21,287 nt of DNA. It comes from Candidatus Thorarchaeota archaeon. GTDB taxonomy: Archaea > Asgardarchaeota > Thorarchaeia > Thorarchaeales > Thorarchaeaceae. Positions 1 to 8,417 of the stretch are shown in pieces (the stretch's first letter is position 1; each line of letters begins with the position of its first letter). The notes below the pieces were generated by a model, which saw only the letters and a list, made by a program, of their open reading frames with translations, was not told the origin of the DNA and made no database searches. The translations under genes and the position numbers were made by a program. The stretch is from the NCBI GenBank assembly GCA_011364985.1, contig RDOC01000011.1, positions 1-21,287 on the forward strand. Reading direction: 5' to 3'.

Positions 1-2847
1 CACGCCATGTCTACGGTAGAGAAAGTCACAGGGTCCAAAGGGAATTTCACAGTCACAATACGAAAGAAGGCACGTTATGTCAACGAAGATACATGCACTG
101 GATGTCAGTCTTGTATCCAGGCATGTCCAGTTGAAGTTCCCAACGAGTACGACTTTGGCCTCTCCCTACGCAAGGCAATCTACATGAATTTCCCGCAGCA
201 AATACCATTAGTAGCTGCAATTGATAGGGAATCTTGTATTGGATGCGGAACATGCGCTGCGGTATGTCCTAACGATTGCATCATTTATGATGATGAGGAC
301 AAGGTATACGAACTAAATGTTGGATCTATCATTGTTGCAACCGGAGTGGAGGAATACAAGCCGCTCGACTACGGAGAGTATGGCTATGGGATATTCCCTA
401 ATGTAGTCACAAGCCTTGAGTACGACAGGCAAACACATCCAACAGGACCTACCGATGCACACATGGTCAGACCATCAGATGGTAGAGAACCGGAAAGGAT
501 CTTATTTGTGAACTGTGTAGGAAGCAGAGATGTACGTGAGAACATCCAAGGGTACAGTAAGCACTGTAATCGAGTGTGTTGCTCTTTCGGTACCAAACTA
601 GCACAGGTCACCAGAATGCACTACCCAGAAGACCATTGTGAGATCATCTATACATACATGGACATGCGAACAGCCGGCAAGGCATTGGAGGAGTTTCTTT
701 GGGATACTCAAAAGAATCAGGGTGTCAAATTCATTCGTGGCAGGGTAGCTGAGATAGCTGAGAATCCAGATACACATGACCTCTTCGTAAAGATGGAAGA
801 TACTGAAACAGGAGAGATCATCGAACTTAAGAAGATTTCAATGGTTGTCCTCAATGCCAGTTTCAGGCCATCCGAAGGGACAGAAAAGCTTGCAAAGATT
901 CTCAAAATCAATATCAATGAAATGGGGTACATCGAGGAGGCAAATTCCAGTTCCGCGACCCTTGAAACTAAGCGTCCGGGAGTCTTTGTTGCCGGATGTG
1001 CACACGGCCCCAAGGACGGAACAGACTCGGTCAATGAAGGGAAAGGCGCCGCAATGGCTGCACATTCTACCCTCCCAATTCCCAACCCACCAGAGGTTGA
1101 GAAACCCCCTCCACTTGAGATTGGAGAGGAGCCCAGAGTTGGAGTCTTCATCTGCCACTGTGGTGGAATCATAGGGAATGTTATCGACTCACCAGGATTG
1201 GCTGGGTGGGCAAAGGACTTGCCGAATGTTGCCTATTCAACCGACTATATCTTCATGTGCAGTGACCCAGGACAACAACTTGTTACTGATGCCATCCTAG
1301 AACACAAGCTCAATCGCGTAGTCGTTGGTTCATGCTCGCCTCTCCAACATGAACAGACTTTTAGAAGTGCTTTGGAGGCCGCAGGACTCTCAGGATATTA
1401 TCTCGTAGGCCCAGTGGGTCTACGTGAGCAGCTAGCCCTTGTCAATGCAAAGGCGCCGATTGCCGAGCGTCAAGAAAAGGCTCAGGACATGATTAGAAGC
1501 GCCGTCGCTAAAGCGGTCAATAATGAGATAGTACCTTTGAAACCAGTCACAGTGACACGAACAGTGATGGTCGTTGGAGGCGGCGTTTCAGGGATGAAAG
1601 CATCCTTGGATATTGCCCGTAAGGGATTTGATGTGATTCTAGTCGAAAAAGAAGAACGATTAGGAGGGCGGCTCAATGACCTATACAGAGTATTTCCAAA
1701 GATGGAGCCGGCTCAAGAGATCATTGATGAGCTAATCGCCAAGGTTGAGAAAGAGAAACGAATCAAGGTCCTTCTTAATTCGAAGGTAATGAAAAGGGAT
1801 GGAACTTATGGTAATTATGAGATGACAGTGAAGGACTTCAAATCTGACGAGGAAACCGTCCACACAATAGGCACCATGGTTATCTCAGTTGGGACGGACA
1901 CTTATGAGCCCAAAGTAGGTGAGTATGGCTGGGGAGAAGTACCTGGAGTCATGACAACACTTGACCTTGAGAAGAAACTGAAGAATGGTGAACTGAAGAA
2001 AGCACCCAAGAATCCTGTTTTCATTCATTGCGTTGGCTCAAGGCAGACTCCTGGAGAAGGAAATCGATACTGCTCTAGGGTCTGTTGTTCTGCAGTCATT
2101 GCTATGCAGCACGAACTCAAGGAAATGTTTCCTGATACAAAGATCTTCTCTGCATACAAGGAGCACATACGACCCTTTGCAAATGGCATGGAAGAGATGT
2201 GGAGAGAGAACCGTCAGAATGGAGTGACCTACTTGCGTTGGGTCAGGGAGCAACCAATCAGTGTGGAGAAAGCTCCAGACTCGGACGAGGCTATTGTCAC
2301 TATCTATGATACTCTATCACAAGAGACCTTCAGAATCCGTTCAAGCATGGTTGTTCTGGCTGTTGGCCTTGAAGCACCTCATGACGTTAATGAGCTAGTC
2401 AAAGCTCTTGGCATAAGCCGAGGGCAAGACGGCTTCCTCTTAGAGATGCATATGAAGTTCAGACCAGTGGAAACCACAGTTCCCGGAATTTTCCTCGGGG
2501 TGACTTATGCAAAAAATATCTCGGACTCTGTTAATCAGGCAAGAGGCGCTGCTGCTCAAGCCACGGCTCCACTCAATCTCGGAACCGTGGAGATAGAGTT
2601 ACTCACCGCCGACGTGGATGAGGACCTGTGTGTTGGCTGTGACTTATGTCATTACTCTGAGATTTGTCCCTACGACGCCGTTTCCATGGTAGAGGTTTCG
2701 CCCGGTGTCAAGAAGAGCGTAACCAATGAGCTTGCTTGCGAGGGCTGTGGTGCATGCTGTGCTATCTGCCCCACCGGGGCCCGTGACCTCAGATGGTGGC
2801 GGGAGAAAAGCTTCCTTGACCAGATAGAAGAGATGCTCAGGGAGTGA
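1..2847 (+). CDS. hdrA: HdrA-like heterodisulfide reductase flavoprotein with two tandem FAD modules, 5'-partial (HdrA1)
   Basis: The frame is open from base 1 (CAC GCC ATG) and the protein starts mid-domain, without the first GxGxxG. Motifs in order: CTGCQSCIQACP and CIGCGTCAAVCP (inserted ferredoxin), CVGSRD..CNRVCC, VFICHCG/CSDPGQ/GSCSP domain, second Rossmann VVGGGVSG, CVGSRQ..CSRVCC, C-terminal CVGCDLC..CP and CEGCGACCAICP. Confidence 0.93.
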   Translation, partial: HAMSTVEKVTGSKGNFTVTIRKKARYVNEDTCTGCQSCIQACPVEVPNEYDFGLSLRKAIYMNFPQQIPLVAAIDRESCIGCGTCAAVCPNDCIIYDDEDKVYELNVGSIIVATGVEEYKPLDYGEYGYGIFPNVVTSLEYDRQTHPTGPTDAHMVRPSDGREPERILFVNCVGSRDVRENIQGYSKHCNRVCCSFGTKLAQVTRMHYPEDHCEIIYTYMDMRTAGKALEEFLWDTQKNQGVKFIRGRVAEIAENPDTHDLFVKMEDTETGEIIELKKISMVVLNASFRPSEGTEKLAKILKININEMGYIEEANSSSATLETKRPGVFVAGCAHGPKDGTDSVNEGKGAAMAAHSTLPIPNPPEVEKPPPLEIGEEPRVGVFICHCGGIIGNVIDSPGLAGWAKDLPNVAYSTDYIFMCSDPGQQLVTDAILEHKLNRVVVGSCSPLQHEQTFRSALEAAGLSGYYLVGPVGLREQLALVNAKAPIAERQEKAQDMIRSAVAKAVNNEIVPLKPVTVTRTVMVVGGGVSGMKASLDIARKGFDVILVEKEERLGGRLNDLYRVFPKMEPAQEIIDELIAKVEKEKRIKVLLNSKVMKRDGTYGNYEMTVKDFKSDEETVHTIGTMVISVGTDTYEPKVGEYGWGEVPGVMTTLDLEKKLKNGELKKAPKNPVFIHCVGSRQTPGEGNRYCSRVCCSAVIAMQHELKEMFPDTKIFSAYKEHIRPFANGMEEMWRENRQNGVTYLRWVREQPISVEKAPDSDEAIVTIYDTLSQETFRIRSSMVVLAVGLEAPHDVNELVKALGISRGQDGFLLEMHMKFRPVETTVPGIFLGVTYAKNISDSVNQARGAAAQATAPLNLGTVEIELLTADVDEDLCVGCDLCHYSEICPYDAVSMVEVSPGVKKSVTNELACEGCGACCAICPTGARDLRWWREKSFLDQIEEMLRE

Positions 2848-2854
2848 CCATGGC

Positions 2855-3421
2855 ATGGTTTCGATTCAAGGCCTAAGAGCAGGGTGGATGGTGCTAAACG
2901 AGCTTCTTGGGGAGCTAAGATCAAAGGATGTATTTATCCCGGACCTGACCTATGCCGACCTTCGAAATGCTAAGATGGTCATTGAATATCTTAGCGGATT
3001 CGAAGAGGACATCAAGGCAACCGACCAGCATGATACTACTCTCAGATACGAAATGGAAACCAAAATACAGAGCCTCCGGGAAGTTCTAATGGTGTGGGCA
3101 GAGGAGAAAGAGAGTACAGACTATCGGAATCAATGGGAAGAGCGATTCAATGAGGCCATTCAAAGCGAAATAGCTCTAGAAGAGGAAACCAAGACACACA
3201 TCTCAGATATTCCTAGAGAGAAGGATGTGGCATTCTTTCGCATCCGCCTTCCCGAAGATATTCCTGTGGAAGTTGTTTCGGAGCTTGCAGAACACTGTGG
3301 TGTACTGATACACCTTGATGGCGAGCGTCATCTGCAGGTTAGTGGTAAGAAGGAATGCGTTCGTGATGCAATGAGGAGACTAGGTGCGCTCTTCTATGGT
3401 GAGAACACACTAATGTCCTAG
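2855..3421 (+). CDS. DUF2096-like archaeal protein
   Basis: 188 aa ORF 7 nt after the hdrA1 stop, with SD-like GGAGTGA overlapping that stop. The patterns WMVLNELLGELRSK..DLRNAK and RIRLPEDI..SELAEHCGV..VSGKKECVRDAM resemble DUF2096 as I recall it. Confidence 0.7.
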   Translation: MVSIQGLRAGWMVLNELLGELRSKDVFIPDLTYADLRNAKMVIEYLSGFEEDIKATDQHDTTLRYEMETKIQSLREVLMVWAEEKESTDYRNQWEERFNEAIQSEIALEEETKTHISDIPREKDVAFFRIRLPEDIPVEVVSELAEHCGVLIHLDGERHLQVSGKKECVRDAMRRLGALFYGENTLMS

Positions 3422-3447
3422 CATCCTTCGCCCTGACTCAAGGTATT

Positions 3448-4323
3448 CTAAATACTGAGAATCTCAGCAATTGGGTCCAAGGAAACTCTATTGAGCTCAA
3501 ACCCAAGTTCCTCAGGATCAAGACCCATCGCTATTCCAAGAACCTGTGTTACAAAGAGGGCAGGCAACTCCAAAGATTCGCCATTGTCATCCTTAAGACC
3601 AAGAACTTGAACATCGAATTGGGTATGGCAAGCTGGGCAGTTCGTGACAAGGCAGTTTGCACCACCTTCCTTTGCAGATTCCATTTTTTCCTTGATTATT
3701 TTAGTAGCCACATCTTCACTGGCAATTAGCAGAGGAGAACCACAACAAGATAACTTCATTCCCCAAGGAACGCTCTTAGCACCCGTGAGCTCCAGAAGCT
3801 CATCCACTTTTTGGGGTAGCTCCGGGTCATCGAAGTCCGCAACATTCGATGGACGAATGAGATGACAGCCTGGATGGAATGCAATCTTCAGACCATTGAG
3901 CGGTTTTACAATCTTCTTCTTGATTTCGTCCTTTAGATCATACAGGACTTCCACGAAATGACGGACATTGGCTTTTCCAGTATATTCAAGACCCAAGGGT
4001 TTTAGAGCCTCATTCAGAGCGTTGCGATGAGTATCATTGTCATGCAACACATGGTCTGTGTCTTTCAACGAGCCAAAGCAACCATTGCAGGGAGTAACAA
4101 TATCGTGACCACGACTCTCGGCCAAAGCGATGTTTCTTCCTGACATTGCCAGCCAGCTGTTCTCGTCGATTGATTTTAGCACAACTGTTCCGCAGCAGGA
4201 GGCACCGTCGAAATCTAGGAGTTCGATTCCCAGACCCTTGGCGACTTGGCGCATTGAAGCCTCGTAGTTGTTGAAGCGGTTTGGTATTGCACAGCCAAGA
4301 AAGACCTCGTACGTATGTGCCAT
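3448..4323 (-). CDS. hdrB: Heterodisulfide reductase subunit B (HdrB1, divergent type)
   Basis: Two CCG domains: FLGC, ASCCG, PCNGC; HPGCH, SCCG, NCPAC. Start placed at ATG 4323, 1 nt after the hdrC stop. Confidence 0.93.
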   Translation of the reverse strand: MAHTYEVFLGCAIPNRFNNYEASMRQVAKGLGIELLDFDGASCCGTVVLKSIDENSWLAMSGRNIALAESRGHDIVTPCNGCFGSLKDTDHVLHDNDTHRNALNEALKPLGLEYTGKANVRHFVEVLYDLKDEIKKKIVKPLNGLKIAFHPGCHLIRPSNVADFDDPELPQKVDELLELTGAKSVPWGMKLSCCGSPLLIASEDVATKIIKEKMESAKEGGANCLVTNCPACHTQFDVQVLGLKDDNGESLELPALFVTQVLGIAMGLDPEELGFELNRVSLDPIAEILSI

Positions 4324-4324
4324 C

Positions 4325-4843
4325 CTACTCAACCTCCTCCAACTTCATCAGACCAGTCTTGTCCAGTATCTTCTTTGTGTCATCAACGTTCAACTCTGGA
4401 ACGTCCTCAAGCTCTAGATCTTCTCGCTCCCAATCTGTAGGCTCGTAGAGCCTGCCCATATCATAGAAGGACTGCCTTGCAGCAATATAGCCCTGTGGTG
4501 CAATACCCTTCTTAAAGGCCATGTTCTTCAGGCCGAAAAGTATGTCAGTAATGTCAATGCCCTGTGGACAACGCTCCTGACAGGTATAGCAGGTCGTGCA
4601 TAGCCAAATCATGTCGGTCTCCAGCACCTCGGGTAGACCAAAGAGGAGCATGCGCATGACTTCATGAATTTGGATGTTCACCTTGTCTGACACTGGACAC
4701 CCCGCTGAGCACTTTGCACATTGAAAACATGCCGCTAAATCCTGTCCACCAAGAAGCTCTGAGACCTTCTTGGTGAACTCAGGGTCTAATGCTTCGAACT
4801 TCTTCTCGTCAAATGATTTGAACTGACCCCAAGTTTCTGTCAT
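4325..4843 (-). CDS. hdrC: Heterodisulfide reductase subunit C (HdrC1)
   Basis: CFQCAKCSAGCP and WLCTTCYTCQERCP 2x[4Fe-4S] motifs; starts 1 nt after the hdrA2 stop. Confidence 0.93.
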   Translation of the reverse strand: MTETWGQFKSFDEKKFEALDPEFTKKVSELLGGQDLAACFQCAKCSAGCPVSDKVNIQIHEVMRMLLFGLPEVLETDMIWLCTTCYTCQERCPQGIDITDILFGLKNMAFKKGIAPQGYIAARQSFYDMGRLYEPTDWEREDLELEDVPELNVDDTKKILDKTGLMKLEEVE

Positions 4844-4844
4844 C

Positions 4845-7800
4845 TTATCGCCTCCTCTGCCGCAATGGACTTGGTCCCAACTTGTCAGCCAGTTCAGAGA
4901 ACTTCTTCACAGTATCTGCCCAAATCGAGCCCTCACTAGCACTAATCTGAGTGAACTGAAGCCTATCCGGTTCTAAGCCGGCCTTCTCTATGATTCTTTT
5001 GGCAATGGCGAATCTTCTGTCGAAAGCAACATTGCCATCAACATAGTGACAATCTCCGAAGTGACATCCTGAGATCCATACCATGTCAGCCCCCAGTCTA
5101 AAGGCCTCTAGGATGTGCGTTACTGAAACCCTACCCGTGCACATCACACGTATATCACGAACTGTAGTCGGTTGCTGGAATCGAGAAACCCCAGCACTAT
5201 CAGCGCCTGCATACGAGCACCAGTTGCAGACCACCGTCAGGATTCTCATCTCATTGGCGGGCATATCATCCAGAGCCGCGCGAATCTGAGCAAGGATTTG
5301 GTCATCCGTGAAGTGCTTCATGGTGATAGCGCCAGAGGGGCATCCTGCAGCACACTTACCACAGCCAGCACAGAGTACAGGATTAGAAACAGCATAGTCA
5401 TGTCCGCCATCGCCGGGTAGGACCTCGATAGCGTTGTAGGCACAGTTTACTTCGCAGGTACCGCATCCTACGCACACCTCCGGGTCCACAACTGACACAA
5501 TGGCTTCAGCCTTGCGAATTCCATTGACAAGCGGAATCAATGCTCTTGAAGCTGCTCCACGTCCTTGAACAATCGACTCACCAATGGACTTGGGTGCTGT
5601 TGCAGTCCCCGCCACAAAGATACCATCCGTCTGGAAGTCAACGGGCCTTAGCTTGGGGTGAGCCTCCATGAAGAATCCTGACATATTGAGTGGAATTTTG
5701 AAGAGCTCAGAAATCTCCTTATTCTTCTCCCGTGGGACCATTGCTGTGGCAAGGCGTACATGATCGACCTCCATCGCCATATCTGCGCCAAAGACCTGAT
5801 CACGGACCTCAATTCGAAGGGCCCTGCTCTTCCCCTTTTTCACAACAGGTGGGCAATCGGCATCATACCTCACAAAGAGCACACCTTTCTTTCGTGCCTC
5901 TCTGTACTTGTCCTCGCCTTCGTAGAAGACGCGAAGGTCTCTGTATAAATGGATTACATGTGAATTAGGATGCTTCTCTAGAAGCTCAAGTGTATGCTCA
6001 ACAGAAACAGAACAACAGATGCTTGAGCACCAAGTACGTGAGCCTTCGAGTGATTCATCTTCGCGTGAACCTGCACAATGTATGACAGCAAAGGTTTCCC
6101 CATCCTTGTAGGTCTCGCCTTCAATTAGCCTCTGATTGAACTCAGCCTCAGTCACAACATTGTCAAGCTTCTTGAGACCATAGAGACCCTTCTCTTCAAG
6201 GGCTGTTGCACCGGTGGCAATAATCACAACGCCAACCTTGAATTCCTTCTTGGACTTACCCGTCTTAATTGTGACCTCGAAATCGCCAACAGAACCTTTC
6301 GCCTCAACGACTTCAGATTCAAGCATTAGCTCAATACTGGGATTGGAACGAACAGAAGCATCGAATTCCTTGACGATCTTCTCTGTTGGTCTATGGTCAA
6401 AATTGACAGTACGAAGCTCATTGAGGAATCCTCCAACTTTGTTATCTTTCTCTACAAGGAGGACCTTGAATCCTTTCTGAGCGATCATGTCAGCAGCTGT
6501 CATTCCTGCGACTCCTGCCCCTATCACCAGCACAGTAGGTTCTATTTTGGTCATTGCTTCTTCTTGAGGTTCAAGGAGTCTTGCTCTGGCCACTGACATT
6601 CGTACAAGATCATTCGCCTTTGCGGTAGCCTCGTCCTTTGCAGTCTGATGAACCCAAGAACAGTGCTCTCTGATATTGGCAAGCTCAAAGAGATACTTGT
6701 TCAGACCGGCCTCTTCTATCGTTGTCCTAAAGAGTGGTTCATGGGTTCTTGGTGTGCAAGAAGCAACAACAACACGATTAAGGCTATGCTCCTTTATTGC
6801 TTCCTTGATGACTTCCTGTGCATCTGATGAGCATGAATAGAGGAGATTCTGCGCATATACGACACCAGGTAGATTGCGGGCATAGTCTGTGACTTCGGCA
6901 ACATCAACAGTGCCAGCAATATTGATACCACAGGAACAGACAATGACTCCTATCCTAGGTTCAGCAGCCATCAGTTCGAGGTCTGCTTCTGCAAGAACTT
7001 CACTCTCTGCCTTCTCAGGAAGCGCTATGTCCATTGCAGCCATGGCAGCGGCAGCACTGCCTTGGGCCACGCTATCTGGGATGTCTTTTGGCATATGACA
7101 TGCGCCACACATATGAATCCCAGGAATTCCAGTTTGAACGGTTTCCGTAGGAGTACCCATTAGGAAGCCATATTGGTCTGTCTTGAGGCTCATCTTCTCC
7201 AAGAGCTCTGAGTTCGGATTGGGAATCATTGCAGGGCAAAGGACAACAAGATCATAGATGTCCTTCAGTATCTCATGTCCTTTGGCATCACTATGCTTGA
7301 TGATAAGGCTCCGAGTGTTCGGGTCCTCCCTAATCTCGCTGGGAAGACCTTTTACGTAGTTTATACCATACTCGGTCTCCCCACGTACAATGAACTCCTC
7401 GAACCCCTTGCCAAAAGCGCGCATGTCATTGTATAGAATATCAATATGGACCTCGGGTGTATGTTCCTTTGTGATTATGGCCTCCTTTGTAGCATAAGTG
7501 CAACAGATGCGGGAGCAATAGGCACAATGGTTCACATCTCTACTGCCCACGCACTGAATGAAGGCAATCCTATGTGGTTCTCGACCATCAGAAGGTCGCA
7601 TCACGACACCACCAGTAGGGCCACTAGCCGAGACCATTCTTTCATACTCAAGAGCAGTCACAACATTTGAAAATCGGCCATAACCATACTCTGGCACCGT
7701 GGAGGCATCAAGTAATCCATAGCCTGTGGCCATGATGATAGAGCCCGCGTCTATCTCAACAGTCTGATCAGGTATGTCGAAGCTGATTGCTTCAGCCTTG

Positions 7801-8297
7801 CAGGTCTTCACACAAGTCATACACTGGATACAATTCTCAATGTCAATGGTTGCAATGTTTGGAACAGCCTGTGGAAAAGGGATGTATGAGGCCTTCCTCA
7901 TTTTGAGACCCATGTCGTATTCATTGGGCACTTCAATAGGACAGACTCTCTCGCAGTCACCACAACCTGTGCATTTCTCTGGGTCAACACGACGACTATG
8001 CTTCAGGACTTTGACGGTGAAATCACCACGTTCACCGGATACGTCCGTGACCTCCGAATAAGCAAGTAATTCTATGTTGGGGTGTCTTGAGCAGTCAACC
8101 ATCCACGGTCCTTGAATGCACATCGAGCAATCCAGAGTTGGGAACGTCTTATCTAGTTGAGACATATGACCGCCAATGGATGGGAGTTTCTCGACCAAGA
8201 ATACTTTCACACCCATCTCGGCGAGGTCGAGAGCTGCGCGCATGCCAGCTATCCCTGCGCCAATTATCACAACGGGCTTTATTGAGGTGTCTGCCAT
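4845..8297 (-). CDS. hdrA: HdrA-like tandem two-FAD-module protein fused to a C-terminal MvhD [2Fe-2S] domain (HdrA2-MvhD)
   Basis: Likely start ATG 8297 (MADTSIKPVVIIGAGIAG) with upstream GGAGTGA. Motifs: DKTFPTLDCSMC, CTGCGDCERVCP, CVGSRD..CSRICC, VCSCG domain, second IGAGVAG, HCAGSR..CSSICC, ferredoxin CVGCGTCEVNC and CAGCGKCAAGCP. The MvhD motifs CNWCSYAGAD, RVMCTGRV and GCHFGDCHY lie in about 4845-5249. Confidence 0.94.
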   Translation of the reverse strand: MADTSIKPVVIIGAGIAGMRAALDLAEMGVKVFLVEKLPSIGGHMSQLDKTFPTLDCSMCIQGPWMVDCSRHPNIELLAYSEVTDVSGERGDFTVKVLKHSRRVDPEKCTGCGDCERVCPIEVPNEYDMGLKMRKASYIPFPQAVPNIATIDIENCIQCMTCVKTCKAEAISFDIPDQTVEIDAGSIIMATGYGLLDASTVPEYGYGRFSNVVTALEYERMVSASGPTGGVVMRPSDGREPHRIAFIQCVGSRDVNHCAYCSRICCTYATKEAIITKEHTPEVHIDILYNDMRAFGKGFEEFIVRGETEYGINYVKGLPSEIREDPNTRSLIIKHSDAKGHEILKDIYDLVVLCPAMIPNPNSELLEKMSLKTDQYGFLMGTPTETVQTGIPGIHMCGACHMPKDIPDSVAQGSAAAAMAAMDIALPEKAESEVLAEADLELMAAEPRIGVIVCSCGINIAGTVDVAEVTDYARNLPGVVYAQNLLYSCSSDAQEVIKEAIKEHSLNRVVVASCTPRTHEPLFRTTIEEAGLNKYLFELANIREHCSWVHQTAKDEATAKANDLVRMSVARARLLEPQEEAMTKIEPTVLVIGAGVAGMTAADMIAQKGFKVLLVEKDNKVGGFLNELRTVNFDHRPTEKIVKEFDASVRSNPSIELMLESEVVEAKGSVGDFEVTIKTGKSKKEFKVGVVIIATGATALEEKGLYGLKKLDNVVTEAEFNQRLIEGETYKDGETFAVIHCAGSREDESLEGSRTWCSSICCSVSVEHTLELLEKHPNSHVIHLYRDLRVFYEGEDKYREARKKGVLFVRYDADCPPVVKKGKSRALRIEVRDQVFGADMAMEVDHVRLATAMVPREKNKEISELFKIPLNMSGFFMEAHPKLRPVDFQTDGIFVAGTATAPKSIGESIVQGRGAASRALIPLVNGIRKAEAIVSVVDPEVCVGCGTCEVNCAYNAIEVLPGDGGHDYAVSNPVLCAGCGKCAAGCPSGAITMKHFTDDQILAQIRAALDDMPANEMRILTVVCNWCSYAGADSAGVSRFQQPTTVRDIRVMCTGRVSVTHILEAFRLGADMVWISGCHFGDCHYVDGNVAFDRRFAIAKRIIEKAGLEPDRLQFTQISASEGSIWADTVKKFSELADKLGPSPLRQRRR

Positions 8298-8417
8298 ATC
8301 TGAGGTCACTCCGAGGGGACAAGGCGCAACGACAACTTGCATGATAAAATGTTTGTTGTCTGAACGCATTGCCGCCGATGATATGAAATACTCTGAATCC
8401 TTGACATGCAAGTAACA

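Noticed and set aside
2845-2973. Sec readthrough of the hdrA1 TGA into an MvhD-like extension
   Set aside because: The readthrough peptide (PWHGFDSRPKSRVDG...) has no MvhD motifs, ends at a TAA and overlaps the DUF2096-like gene.
4845-5249. Selenocysteine-type MvhD/VhuD
   Set aside because: All ligand positions are Cys codons (CNWC, MCTG, GCHFGDCH); no in-frame TGA.
8298-8411. N-terminal 38-aa extension of HdrA2 given by the ORF track
   Set aside because: Not HdrA-like, and it would fill the divergent promoter region; ATG 8297 has an SD and directly precedes the Rossmann motif.
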